From contig JAGGTI010000105.1 in assembly GCA_021163775.1 (NCBI GenBank), positions 354-64,353 of the forward strand: 64,000 nucleotides of DNA. The letters run 5' to 3'. Position 1 is the stretch's first letter, and the number at the start of each line of letters is the position of its first letter. Of the stretch, positions 10,079-19,952 are shown piece by piece. Source of the DNA: Candidatus Zixiibacteriota bacterium (GTDB taxonomy: Bacteria > Zixibacteria > MSB-5A5 > GN15 > FEB-12). The position numbers and the translations under genes were made by a program. A model generated the notes under the pieces. The model did no database searches, was not told the origin of the DNA, and saw only the letters and a program-made list of their open reading frames with translations.

Positions 10079-10927
10079 TTACCTGTTCTTCCCTAACCCT
10101 CGGTCCTGTTCAGAGAGTTCCGATGAAGCATCTTCAAGAAAACGTCGTTCCTCGGCAGAAAGGTTCTCTATTCCGACATCATTGATCTTGTCCAGTATGG
10201 CATCAACTCGCTTCATCACGTTCTGGGCTTTCTCACGATTATGTTTCAGCTTAGTTTCATTGCGTTGGTAATGCAAGTTTTTTATCCAACGGCCCATACC
10301 ATACCGAGCCCAATTAATTTTTAGATAAGCCAAGCCATACAGAGCACCCCCCAGGTGAGCCATATGCGCCACCCCACCACCTGAAAAGAGGAAACTCAAC
10401 AGAAACAGACCTGGGATCGCCCACTTGACTTTCACCGGAAGGATCATCCAGATATACAGAACTCGATTAGGAAACATCAACCAGTAGGCAACGAGAACAC
10501 CGTATATAGCACCCGAAGCACCAATCATCGGTATCGATTGACTGGGAAAGATCACCAACGTCAACAGCGCACCGGATAGTCCTGCCAAAAGGTAGAATCG
10601 TCCAAACGACCGGGTTCCCCAGGCTCGTTCGATCTCGGTTCCGAACATCCAGAGAATCAGCATATTAAACAGCAGATGAAAGAAATGCCCCGTCGAATGA
10701 AGGAACATATAAGTAGCAATCTGATACAACCGATTAGGGAACTGCTCAAAGAACAAGGCCGGAGTCAATCCCAGATTTGACTCCAGACGCCAACTCGGGA
10801 TCATCATCTGTAACAGAAAGACCCCACCGTTGATTATAAGCATCCACTTAATAAACGGCGAAGGTCGTCCGGGGCCGAACTGGATCCGTCCGACTTGTCT
10901 TGGTCCTATGGGCTCGTGGTAACTCAT
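10079..10927 (-). CDS. Rhomboid-family intramembrane serine protease.
   Basis: 282 aa and polytopic, with the catalytic Ser motif GASGAIYG and the His helix AHMAHLGGALYG. Confidence 0.85.
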   Translation of the reverse strand: MSYHEPIGPRQVGRIQFGPGRPSPFIKWMLIINGGVFLLQMMIPSWRLESNLGLTPALFFEQFPNRLYQIATYMFLHSTGHFFHLLFNMLILWMFGTEIERAWGTRSFGRFYLLAGLSGALLTLVIFPSQSIPMIGASGAIYGVLVAYWLMFPNRVLYIWMILPVKVKWAIPGLFLLSFLFSGGGVAHMAHLGGALYGLAYLKINWARYGMGRWIKNLHYQRNETKLKHNREKAQNVMKRVDAILDKINDVGIENLSAEERRFLEDASSELSEQDRGLGKNR

Positions 10928-11186
10928 ATAATATCAGTTATCGGCAAATTCCCACCTCTGTCTACTGTCTCCTTCAGATGATTTCTGATGATCTCCCTCC
11001 GGGAGATCACACCTCGAGCTAACTCATATCCCAACACCAAATTTGGGAAAAACCCGGGTGATCAGCAGATACCATACCGCACCGGCAATCACCAGACAGA
11101 CTATATCCAGCCAACTCATATCCACCAACCTTTAATAGGAACAGCTAACCTTATGCCATTCAGATCGCTAACAGCCTTGACACTTT

Positions 11187-11513
11187 TCAGGACAGAACCT
11201 GATTAACTCTGGCCATCAACTGGGCTTTCGGCAGAGCCCCCACAACCTGATCGACAAGCTCGCCGTTCTTAAAGAACAGAAGTGATGGGATTGACATAAT
11301 GTTGTACTTACCGGCCATCACTTTGTTGGAATCAACATCGAGTTTGGCAATTTTGACCTGACCGCCCATCTCATCCGCTACTTCTTCCAGCATCGGTGAA
11401 ATCATTTTGCAGGGTCCACACCAAATCGCCCAAAAATCTACAATCACTGGTTTTTCCGACTGAATCACCTCGACATCAAAGGTATCATCGGTGATAACTA
11501 CTGGCTTGCTCAT
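11187..11513 (-). CDS. trxA: Thioredoxin.
   Basis: WCGPCK active site and typical length from MSKPVVITDDTF... The ORF is open 12 codons further upstream, to 11549. Confidence 0.9.
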   Translation of the reverse strand: MSKPVVITDDTFDVEVIQSEKPVIVDFWAIWCGPCKMISPMLEEVADEMGGQVKIAKLDVDSNKVMAGKYNIMSIPSLLFFKNGELVDQVVGALPKAQLMARVNQVLS

Positions 11514-11795
11514 AAAAAATATTCTCCATTCTTTTATTTCGATTCTCATCCATCTTGCCCTTGTAACCTCAATCTGAGGACAAAGTTCCTAATCGAACAG
11601 TCGGCGGAATCAAAAACTGTCTATCTCTTGCCTATCAAACCATAATCTATAAATATAGTTCCTCAAACTTGCAATTCTCAAGTACAAAATAGGCAAGTCA
11701 CGCGGCCTACGCATTAATTTGGGAGCTGTTCCTGCCGTTTCGCTTGGCGGGTAGTGTGTCGCCCCCTATATTGGTGGTTAATTGAAAGTCCTGAT

Positions 11796-12239
11796 ATGCG
11801 ATTGATACTACAGAGAACCACCAATACCGAGGTTTGGATTGACAACCAATGTCACAGCCATACCGGATCGGGTCTGCTAATCCTGTTCGGCACCAGACAG
11901 GGCGATTCTGAAGAATCCTGCCGGTATCTGGCCGACAAGGCGGTTAATCTCAGGGTTTTCGAGGATTCCCAGGGCAAAATGAATCTGTCGGCGCTTGATG
12001 TCGGTGCGGAAATTATGGTGGTTTCGCAGTTTACCCTGTATGCTGATTGTCGCAAAGGACGCCGGCCTGGTTTTTCAGAAGCCCAGGAACCAGCCCAGGC
12101 AGAAAAATTGTACAATCGTTTTATCGAACTGATAACCGCCACCGAACTCAAAACTCAAACCGGACAATTCAGAAAAAAGATGCAAGTGAAACTGACTAAC
12201 CAGGGTCCGGTTACTATTATTCTCGATCATGATGCTTGA
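11796..12239 (+). CDS. dtd: D-aminoacyl-tRNA deacylase.
   Basis: Contains MRLILQR..., SQFTLYAD and NQGPVTIILD motifs. The ATG at 11796 gives the canonical N-terminus; the ORF is open from 11754. Confidence 0.85.
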   Translation: MRLILQRTTNTEVWIDNQCHSHTGSGLLILFGTRQGDSEESCRYLADKAVNLRVFEDSQGKMNLSALDVGAEIMVVSQFTLYADCRKGRRPGFSEAQEPAQAEKLYNRFIELITATELKTQTGQFRKKMQVKLTNQGPVTIILDHDA

Positions 12240-12834
12240 CGCTCTCCTTCGACTTACTGACCACTATCCGCTTGTGCTGGGATCGGCCTCTCCCCGTCGT
12301 AATCAACTGTTGCGGGAAGCCGGGATATCGTTCCGCAAGGAGGTATCCAACATCGAGGAACAGCTCCGCCCAGGCGAGGATCCGTTCGCTTTCGCCCAAC
12401 GTGTTGCCACTGAGAAGGCAATTGCGGTTGCGACCAGTTGCTACCCCAATGAAATCGTCATAGGTGGTGATACGGTCGTTGTGCTTCGTGGTCAGCTACT
12501 GGGCAAACCGAAAGACCCCTCAGATGCAATCCGAATCCTCGAACTTCTGTCCGGCAAACAGCACACAGTAGGTACCGCGTTGGCTCTTACTTTGGGAGAT
12601 AATCTGTTGGCCTCTGGAATCGAAACTACCCGAGTGTTCTTCAATCCTGTCAGCCGTGATCAGATAGTTGAATACGTTGCGAGCGGGGAGCCTTTAGACA
12701 AGGCTGGAGCCTATGGTATCCAGGGTATGGGGGCTTTTTTGGTTGACAGAATAGAGGGGAATCTTGATACTGTGATTGGTCTGCCACTGATGTTACTGAA
12801 CGACTTAGCCAGGGAAACCAGGCGGCAAATTTAG
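12229..12834 (+). CDS. maf: Maf-family nucleoside triphosphate pyrophosphatase.
   Basis: 201 aa with LVLGSASPRRNQLL, KAGAYGIQG and DTVIGLP motifs. Overlaps the end of dtd by 11 nt. Confidence 0.85.
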   Translation: MMLDALLRLTDHYPLVLGSASPRRNQLLREAGISFRKEVSNIEEQLRPGEDPFAFAQRVATEKAIAVATSCYPNEIVIGGDTVVVLRGQLLGKPKDPSDAIRILELLSGKQHTVGTALALTLGDNLLASGIETTRVFFNPVSRDQIVEYVASGEPLDKAGAYGIQGMGAFLVDRIEGNLDTVIGLPLMLLNDLARETRRQI

Positions 12835-12851
12835 TGTGATACCTGCTTTAG

Positions 12852-13808
12852 ATGAGTAAACTACATATCAAATTCGGTGAATTACTCAAGCTTGAACGCG
12901 AACGCCAGGGAATATCTTTGGCTGACGTTTCCAATGAGTTAAAAATATCTGAAAATGCGCTTATGAGTGTCGAGGCAGGCGATGCTTCCTCGCTCCCGTC
13001 CGAACTGTATTTTAAGATGTTCACCAAATCGTATGCCGAACACCTGGGCATAGACTACGCCAGAACCGTTGAAGCTATCCGCGAGGAACTTGGAGAGCCG
13101 CTGGAACAGAACATTAGTAATGGCACTCAATCCCGCGAGAAGCAGAAACAAAGCTACAGTTCGGATGACGAATCAGAGGAAGAGAAAGAGTCTGCGACAG
13201 GATTACCAGGCAATGTTCGAAGACTTATTATTCTGGTAAGCGTCATTGTAGGCGCATTCATCATGTTTCTGTTAGCCTATCAGATATTCTCCACTGATGA
13301 AACGGGTAATGGCGATGGAGTCGCAACCGAAATGACCGAGGCCGAATCAACAGCAGAAGAAGTGAACGCCGACACAGATCAGACCGCATCGAATCACGAT
13401 GCTTACAACTGGGACGATGTACCCACCTATCAACCACCTGACAGCATAAGGCTGACTCTGGTGGCACAACAGGATAGTTGGGCTACGGTACTGGTTGATG
13501 GCGACACCGTTATTTATCAAACCCTCACCCCCGGCCGCCGATACACCCTGACGGCCAAGTATCGATTCCTGGTGTCAATCGGTGTTCCCAGGGTAGTGGA
13601 TGCCATAATTGACGGTCAACCAGCTTACCTGGCCAGTGTCGAGAGTGGTCGCATATCGCGAGTCGAAATCAATCAGACCAATCGAGATGAATTTCGCTCA
13701 CCGCCTAAACCGCCAACTCCGACTGTGACAATACCAACGAGTTTACCGGATGCCAGTAGTACTGAGGATATAGATTCAACTCAACAGGGAGACTCGGATA
13801 GCATCTGA
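12852..13808 (+). CDS. rodZ: RodZ-like cytoskeleton-associated protein (HTH, TM helix, C-terminal beta domain).
   Basis: N-terminal XRE-type HTH (FGELLKLERERQGISLADVSNELKIS), acidic linker and a single TM helix (LIILVSVIVGAFIMFLLAY). The C-terminal segment IRLTLVAQQDSWATVLVDGD... is typical of RodZ. Confidence 0.65.
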   Translation: MSKLHIKFGELLKLERERQGISLADVSNELKISENALMSVEAGDASSLPSELYFKMFTKSYAEHLGIDYARTVEAIREELGEPLEQNISNGTQSREKQKQSYSSDDESEEEKESATGLPGNVRRLIILVSVIVGAFIMFLLAYQIFSTDETGNGDGVATEMTEAESTAEEVNADTDQTASNHDAYNWDDVPTYQPPDSIRLTLVAQQDSWATVLVDGDTVIYQTLTPGRRYTLTAKYRFLVSIGVPRVVDAIIDGQPAYLASVESGRISRVEINQTNRDEFRSPPKPPTPTVTIPTSLPDASSTEDIDSTQQGDSDSI

Positions 13809-13810
13809 GA

Positions 13811-14398
13811 TTGTTGATTATGGGACTAAGAGATTTTGTGGCCTCGGTACAAATCGGCATGCGAAAAAAGAAAGTTAGGGAACGACAGCTGTCATTCCCT
13901 GCCGACCTGCAGAAACCGAAACATGTCATGGTCTGCCTGCCGGAGGCGCTACGTGAACTGACGCTGGTTAAACAACTTCTCCCGACAATCGCACACCTTT
14001 TCAAACCGGCCGACATCACTTTGCTGGCCCTCCCCGGTGTAAAAGTGTACGACATGTATCCGCGCAAGGGATTTCAGATATTAACCCCCGCGATGGAGCA
14101 GGTTTCCTGGTCCGGCCTACCCAAGAAAAGCTATTTGGCCATGCTGGCCGAACATAAATTTGATACCATACTGGACTTAAATCTCAAAGAGTCCTTTTTC
14201 ATATCAACAGTTCTGCTCTATTTCCCCGAGGCTGTTCGCATCGGGCGTGGCAATCATCTGGGAGCGCCATTTTACAACCTGGAGATAAAGACCAAGTATC
14301 TTCGCGATGAACGGAACATCTATCGTTCATTGCTGGTCACTCTGGGTACGGTCATGAACAAATCGGTAGAGGGGCTATCGCCGCATACCGCTTATTAG
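13811..14398 (+). CDS. Hypothetical protein.
   Basis: 195-aa ORF packed tightly between the rodZ-like gene and smc. No motif was recognised. Confidence 0.4.
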   Translation: MLIMGLRDFVASVQIGMRKKKVRERQLSFPADLQKPKHVMVCLPEALRELTLVKQLLPTIAHLFKPADITLLALPGVKVYDMYPRKGFQILTPAMEQVSWSGLPKKSYLAMLAEHKFDTILDLNLKESFFISTVLLYFPEAVRIGRGNHLGAPFYNLEIKTKYLRDERNIYRSLLVTLGTVMNKSVEGLSPHTAY

Positions 14399-14413
14399 TT
14401 TTCTGGAGGCATC

Positions 14414-17400
14414 GTGTATATTAAGAAAATCGAGCTACTCGGCTTCAAGTCTTTCCCCACCAAAACCATGGTACGCTTTTCCAATGGCGTGACATCTATC
14501 GTGGGGCCGAACGGCTGTGGTAAAACCAACATTCTGGATGCCCTGCGCTGGGTCTTAGGTGAACAAAAACCGACCCTTCTGCGCGGCGGCAAAATGGAAG
14601 AGATTATTTTTAACGGCACCCGCGACATGAAACCACTGGGTATGTCCGAAGTGACCCTTACTATCGTCAACAACCGTGGTATCCTGCCAACCGAATACCA
14701 TGAACTACAGATTACCCGTCGCCTGTTCCGCAGTGGTGAATCAGAATACCTTATCAACAAAGTACCATGTCGTCTGAAAGACATTTCCGACCTGTTTGCC
14801 GATACCGGCCTGGGAGCGCATTCTTACTCGGTAATTCAGCAACAAATGATCGACTCGGTTATCTCGGACAAAGCGGAAGAACGTCGCTTCCTGTTCGAAG
14901 AGGCGGCCGGAATCACCAAATATAAGCAACGACGCAAAGCCGCCCTGAGAAAACTGGAATCCACCGAAAATGATTTCCTGCGACTCAAGGATGTCTACGC
15001 CGAAGTCAAAACGCGGGTCAATTCTCTTCACCGCCAACACAAAAAAGCAGAGCGCTATCAGAAACTGACCGAACGGATCAAGGCCTGGGAACTCTACCTC
15101 GGTTCTTCCCGCCTGAGCCAGTTACAGCAGGATAAGCGGGAATTGAACGCCGAACTTGAAGGGCTGGGCGACGAAAAATCAAACCGGGGAGCTTCACTCG
15201 ACCTGGCTTCCAGTCAGTTAGAGACCGATCGCAAAGAATTAATTGATATTGATCGCCAACTTGCCGAAGTCGGCGAAGAAGTCTACCAGATATCCGAAAA
15301 TTCACACAGGATCGAACGAGATATCTCAGTTCTCACAGAAAAAAAGACTAATGCAAACCAGGTAATCGCTCGTAATCAGTCAGATATCAATAATCTGAAT
15401 GTCCGCTCTGGTGAGATGACGAGTGAGCAAAAGTCAATGCAGGCTCAGATCGAATTCCAGAACCGAGAACTTAGCGAAATCACCGAGCAATTAGCCAAAG
15501 CCCAGGCCGAACAGGTTCGAGTCGATCAGATATTGATAGAGGCTCGTACTCGGAGGGAAATCGAGAACGCAAGTCTGCTGGATCTCGAAGGAAGGCTCTC
15601 GACTGGCAAAGCCGAAGAGAGTAACCTGAGAGAACAAACCGAGGAGTTGGCTAACATGAGCCATCAACTCGAAGAAACTACTGCCTCAATTCTCCCTCGC
15701 CAAAAGGAACTGATCCTGCAGGTTGAGAAAGAACGGTCCGAACTAAGCCAGTTGATTGCTCACCGCTCGGAGTTGGAGTCAAACAAAACTGAGTTGACCC
15801 AAAATATTGAACAGGGTATTGATCGGGGTGAGGAGCTGGCTCTGGAGGTTTCCGACCTCAAGGCCGCATTGGAAGCTGGTGAAGCGCGACGCAACCTGCT
15901 TGAAGATATGATCCTGCACTACGAGGGGTACGAGTCAGGCGTGGTAGCCGCAATGGAGTCGAGCGATAAGTGGCCAAAACTGGTAGGCACCGTTGCCGAT
16001 CATTTCACACCGGTAGCCGGAATGGAAAATGTTCTTGAGGCGGCCCTGGGTGAGATGTCCAAATACTTGATCTGTCATGATCGGCGCGAAGCCGAGATGA
16101 TAATCGCCAACTTGAAAGCGGCGGGAAAGGGCCGCGTGGGAATTCTGGTACCACGCTCAGGTACAATTTCGGCGGCAGTCAAACGTCCGGAGTTGAATCT
16201 TCCGGGAGTAGTCGGATGGCTGGACAGTTATGTATCCACCGACGAGGATCTCCGACCTCTTATGGAGGCTATTCTCTCACGTACGGTAGTATTCGAATCG
16301 AGCACCGATGTTGATCCAATCCTGGAACGTCTCCCCTATGGGTTTGGCGCGGTGTCTACCGACGGTGTCCTGTTCCGCAAAAATCTCATCTCAGGCGGTT
16401 CCGATGATGATTTCCCGCTCTTCCGCCGTAAGGAGAAGGTCGCCGAGCAGGATCGTTTGATAGAAGAGATTCAGACCAAAATGACTGCGGTCGAGGAACT
16501 CAAGAACAAGAACACGGCCGAACTGGCAGAGTTGCGGGCCGAACTGGGACGGATCGTTTCTGAACTTAATGGGCTGGTTGAGGAGATTGAAGCCCAGCAA
16601 CATCAGGTGGCCGAGGCCGAGTTTGCGAGTCGATCACTGACCTCCGAGTTTGAACGCCTTACCAAAGATAAGCAACAACTGGCCCAACGCCTCGAAAGTG
16701 TTCGTGGCCGGCAATACTCGCTCGGTTTGGATGCCAGCGAGTTAGCTTCTCAAAAGGAAAACCTGGTTGGCGGCCTGGGTGAACTCACTGATCAGGTCAG
16801 ACAGTTGGAAGAACAAGCTTCCCACTCCGGACATGAGGTCTCACGCCTGCAGGTTTCGGCGATTGAAGCACGATCGCATACAGAACAAACAGAACACCGG
16901 ATCGGACATCTTCAAGAACTGCTGAAGGAAATCGAGTCCAGTTGGACAGCCAAGACGGCCGAGATTGAACAAGCCCAAACAGATATTGAATATGCCACCA
17001 ATACTCTTGTCACTCTCGAGTCCGAGCTTAAACAGGCTTTTGAGCATCGTGAGGAACGTCAAGGTGAACAGGACAAATTGCGAGCCTTCCAGACCGAATT
17101 AATGGGACGTACTTCAGATCAGGAGGCTCAAGTCAAGCGGCTCCGTCAGGAGAGAGAAGCTGTTGCCGAAAAACTGCACCATACAGACATCAGACTCACC
17201 GCTATCGAATCGGAGATCAGATCACTGGCGGAACGCCTTAAAGACGAATTCGAGGTTGACCTGATTGAGCAACAGTTTGCTCAACCCGAGGAAAAGAACC
17301 CGGTCGAAGACCCCCCTGCGCTGGTCGCAGAGTTGAAAGAGAAACTAAAGAGTTTTGGCGCGGTCAACCTGCTCGCCCTTGAAGAATATGATGTCGCCAA

Positions 17401-18094
17401 TGAGCGCGAAAAATTCCTGGGAACCCAGTTGGCTGACCTGACTACCGCCAAAGCTGATCTCAAGACAACGATTTCCAAAATCAACAAGACCGCCCACCAG
17501 TTGTTCGCGGAAACGTTCGCCAAAGTTCAGGAGAATTTCAGCAAGCTCTTCCTTGATCTGTTTGCCGGAGGAGAAGCCCGGATTAGTCTGGTTGATCCCA
17601 ACGATCCGCTCGAATCAGACATCGAAATCATCGCCCGACCGGGTGGCAAGAAGCTCCTGCCGATAACGATGTTGTCCGGTGGCGAGCGAGCGCTCACCGC
17701 TATTTCATTGCTATTTTCGCTTTATCTGGTCAAGCCGTCACCGTTCTGTATTCTTGATGAGATTGACGCGCCTCTGGATGACGCTAACTGCCAACGGTTC
17801 CTGAAGATCATCCATAGTTTCTCGGAGCAGACGCAGTTCATCATCATCACCCATAACAAGATCACGATGGAAGCTTCCAACAATCTATACGGTATCACGA
17901 TGGAGCAACCTGGTGTCTCTAAACTGGTGGCAGTTAAATTTGCTACCGGAGAGAATGGCAATGAGGCGCAGTTGATAGCAGTTGATGATGTCGAACTACC
18001 AGGCAAGCCTTCAGTAGAGCCGGATGAACTTCCAGAAGTGATCCGCGATCGGATAAATCCGGCAAGTCCGGTGAGACGTGACACCGAAGCCTGA
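14414..18094 (+). CDS. smc: Chromosome partition protein Smc.
   Basis: 1226 aa with a GTG start preceded by GGAGG. It has Walker A GPNGCGKTN, long coiled coils, a hinge, the signature LSGGERALTA and Walker B FCILDEIDAPLD. Confidence 0.92.
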   Translation: MYIKKIELLGFKSFPTKTMVRFSNGVTSIVGPNGCGKTNILDALRWVLGEQKPTLLRGGKMEEIIFNGTRDMKPLGMSEVTLTIVNNRGILPTEYHELQITRRLFRSGESEYLINKVPCRLKDISDLFADTGLGAHSYSVIQQQMIDSVISDKAEERRFLFEEAAGITKYKQRRKAALRKLESTENDFLRLKDVYAEVKTRVNSLHRQHKKAERYQKLTERIKAWELYLGSSRLSQLQQDKRELNAELEGLGDEKSNRGASLDLASSQLETDRKELIDIDRQLAEVGEEVYQISENSHRIERDISVLTEKKTNANQVIARNQSDINNLNVRSGEMTSEQKSMQAQIEFQNRELSEITEQLAKAQAEQVRVDQILIEARTRREIENASLLDLEGRLSTGKAEESNLREQTEELANMSHQLEETTASILPRQKELILQVEKERSELSQLIAHRSELESNKTELTQNIEQGIDRGEELALEVSDLKAALEAGEARRNLLEDMILHYEGYESGVVAAMESSDKWPKLVGTVADHFTPVAGMENVLEAALGEMSKYLICHDRREAEMIIANLKAAGKGRVGILVPRSGTISAAVKRPELNLPGVVGWLDSYVSTDEDLRPLMEAILSRTVVFESSTDVDPILERLPYGFGAVSTDGVLFRKNLISGGSDDDFPLFRRKEKVAEQDRLIEEIQTKMTAVEELKNKNTAELAELRAELGRIVSELNGLVEEIEAQQHQVAEAEFASRSLTSEFERLTKDKQQLAQRLESVRGRQYSLGLDASELASQKENLVGGLGELTDQVRQLEEQASHSGHEVSRLQVSAIEARSHTEQTEHRIGHLQELLKEIESSWTAKTAEIEQAQTDIEYATNTLVTLESELKQAFEHREERQGEQDKLRAFQTELMGRTSDQEAQVKRLRQEREAVAEKLHHTDIRLTAIESEIRSLAERLKDEFEVDLIEQQFAQPEEKNPVEDPPALVAELKEKLKSFGAVNLLALEEYDVANEREKFLGTQLADLTTAKADLKTTISKINKTAHQLFAETFAKVQENFSKLFLDLFAGGEARISLVDPNDPLESDIEIIARPGGKKLLPITMLSGGERALTAISLLFSLYLVKPSPFCILDEIDAPLDDANCQRFLKIIHSFSEQTQFIIITHNKITMEASNNLYGITMEQPGVSKLVAVKFATGENGNEAQLIAVDDVELPGKPSVEPDELPEVIRDRINPASPVRRDTEA

Positions 18095-18116
18095 ACCTGC
18101 CGGGAGACAACCGACC

Positions 18117-19031
18117 ATGACCAACCCGTTTGACAAGCTTCGCAAGTCGCTTGCAAAAACTAAAGACAATCTCATGGGCAAGATCTCGCGCGTCGTCCTG
18201 CGTCGCAAGATCGATGATAACCTGCTTGACGAAATCGAAGAGATTCTCATAGAGGCCGATGTCGGCGTCAAAGCTACAATGCGCTTGATCGACAACCTGC
18301 GTGAGCGTGTTAAACAAAACGGCATTACCGAAGGCGATGCTGTCATACAACTGCTCAAGGACGAAATCACCAACATTATGAGCAGTCGCCCTATGGACTC
18401 ACCCCCCAGCCCTGAAAATAATCTGGAGATTTGGCTGATCACCGGTGTCAACGGGGTAGGCAAAACAACCACGATCGGCAAACTGGCCACACGGTTTGCA
18501 TCCGAAGGCAAAAAAGTGATAATCGGTGCGTGCGATACTTTTCGTGCGGCGGCGATTGATCAGATCGAAATCTGGGCCAAACGGAGCGGAGTTGATATCG
18601 TCCGTTCACAGGAAGGGGCCGATCCAGCGGCGGTAGCTTTCGATGCCGCCAGTGCCGCTCAAGCACGTAAAGCCGACATCCTTCTAATCGACACCGCCGG
18701 CCGACTGCACACCAAGTCGAACCTGATGGACGAACTCAAGAAGATCCGTCGGGTAGTTGAAAAAGCTGCCCCCGATGCCACGATCCTGAGCAAACTGATT
18801 GTCGATGGCAATACTGGCCAAAACGCGATCTCACAAGTGCAGGTATTCACCGAGGCAGTCGGGTGTGATGGTATTATCATCACCAAACTCGACGGAACAG
18901 CCAAGGGCGGCGTGATAATCGCGGTCACCGAAGAACTGAATGTGCCGGTTGATTTCATCGGTCTGGGTGAGTCGGTAGATGATCTACAGCGTTTCGATGC
19001 AAAACAATTCGCGGAGGCATTGTTTGCCTGA
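18117..19031 (+). CDS. ftsY: Signal recognition particle receptor FtsY.
   Basis: SRP GTPase motifs GVNGVGKTTTIGKLA, DTAGRL and TKLDGTAKGG. The ORF is open from 18078, but the ATG at 18117 clears the smc stop. Confidence 0.9.
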   Translation: MTNPFDKLRKSLAKTKDNLMGKISRVVLRRKIDDNLLDEIEEILIEADVGVKATMRLIDNLRERVKQNGITEGDAVIQLLKDEITNIMSSRPMDSPPSPENNLEIWLITGVNGVGKTTTIGKLATRFASEGKKVIIGACDTFRAAAIDQIEIWAKRSGVDIVRSQEGADPAAVAFDAASAAQARKADILLIDTAGRLHTKSNLMDELKKIRRVVEKAAPDATILSKLIVDGNTGQNAISQVQVFTEAVGCDGIIITKLDGTAKGGVIIAVTEELNVPVDFIGLGESVDDLQRFDAKQFAEALFA

Positions 19032-19429
19032 TGACAGTCCTGACGGTCAAGACTTCACACCGGGAAGAACTGGTGGATGTAACTCGCCAGGTCCAGACAG
19101 CGGCCGACAAAACAGGTGTAGAGTCCGGAATCGTAATCTGCTTCGTCCCCCACACCACCGCCGGCATTACTATCAACGAGGATGCTGACCCCGATGTCCA
19201 ACGGGATATTATCGACAAGCTGTCACGCGAGATTCCACGCGATGACGGTTTTCACCATACCGAGGGCAACTCCGACGCACATATCAAAGCTTCATTGATG
19301 GGTTCCTCGGTACAGGTACTTCTCGAAACCGGGCAACTGGTGCTGGGTCGGTGGCAGGGTATTTTCTTCTGCGAATTTGATGGCCCCCGGTCGCGTCAGC
19401 TACTGGTGAAAGTTGCCCGGTTTGCTTAA
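19031..19429 (+). CDS. yjbQ: YjbQ/UPF0047 family protein (secondary thiamine-phosphate synthase family).
   Basis: 132 aa with HTTAGITINEDADPDV and HIKASLMGSS motifs. Confidence 0.8.
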   Translation: MTVLTVKTSHREELVDVTRQVQTAADKTGVESGIVICFVPHTTAGITINEDADPDVQRDIIDKLSREIPRDDGFHHTEGNSDAHIKASLMGSSVQVLLETGQLVLGRWQGIFFCEFDGPRSRQLLVKVARFA

Positions 19430-19892
19430 GGTTCGCCTGCTCTCAATCGGCCACGACCGTGATCGCTGGGTCATTGAGGGGTGTGATCACTACCTCAAAC
19501 TGCTCTCCCGCTTCGCCAAAGTAGAAAATCAGGTTATTCCTGCGCTCAAGGGAGCGGCATCGCTCTCCCCTACCGAATTGAAGACCCGCGAAGCCGACCG
19601 TATCGACAAGGTGCTTGGATCCGATTATCTGGTGGCTCTCCACGACCAGGGCGGTAAGTATAACTCTATGGCATTCGCCAAAATGATCGAGAAACTCCAG
19701 ACCAATTCAGGAGGTCGCCTGACGCTTCTGATTGGGGGGGCGTTTGGTCTTGATAAACGAATACTTGACCGCGCCAATCTGGTAGTGTCACTCTCCGACC
19801 TGACGTTTTCGCACCAGTTAGTCCGGCTTGTAGTTTTGGAGCAACTCTATCGCGGCTTTTCTATCCTGGCCGGCACCAAGTATCACAAATAG
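19413..19892 (+). CDS. rlmH: 23S rRNA (pseudouridine1915-N3)-methyltransferase RlmH.
   Basis: 159 aa with the SPOUT C-terminus LLIGGAFGL...LSLSDLTFSHQLVRLVVLEQLYR. TTG start overlaps the end of yjbQ. Confidence 0.85.
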   Translation: MPGLLKVRLLSIGHDRDRWVIEGCDHYLKLLSRFAKVENQVIPALKGAASLSPTELKTREADRIDKVLGSDYLVALHDQGGKYNSMAFAKMIEKLQTNSGGRLTLLIGGAFGLDKRILDRANLVVSLSDLTFSHQLVRLVVLEQLYRGFSILAGTKYHK

Positions 19893-19893
19893 C

Positions 19894-19928
19894 AAGGCGT
19901 TCGTGCCACAACCCGGCACGAACGCCTT
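19894..19928. terminator. Perfect 14-bp GC-rich hairpin between convergent rlmH and the giant gene (candidate bidirectional terminator).
   Basis: AAGGCGTTCGTGCC-acaaccc-GGCACGAACGCCTT. It sits 2 nt after the rlmH stop and 25 nt after the stop of the 3117-aa gene. The U tract is weak on both strands. Confidence 0.6.
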
Positions 19929-19952
19929 TAGAGGAAAGATGGGAAGACAACT

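Noticed and set aside
10989-11009. Perfect 9-bp hairpin TGATCTCCC-tcc-GGGAGATCA, 60 nt upstream of the rhomboid gene start.
   Set aside because: It has no U tract on either strand, so it is not a convincing terminator for trxA. It could be a leader structure, but there is no further evidence.
10988-11206. 72-aa plus-strand ORF between the rhomboid gene and trxA.
   Set aside because: It overlaps the 3' end of trxA, has no RBS or motif, and lies in a region better explained as a promoter/leader.
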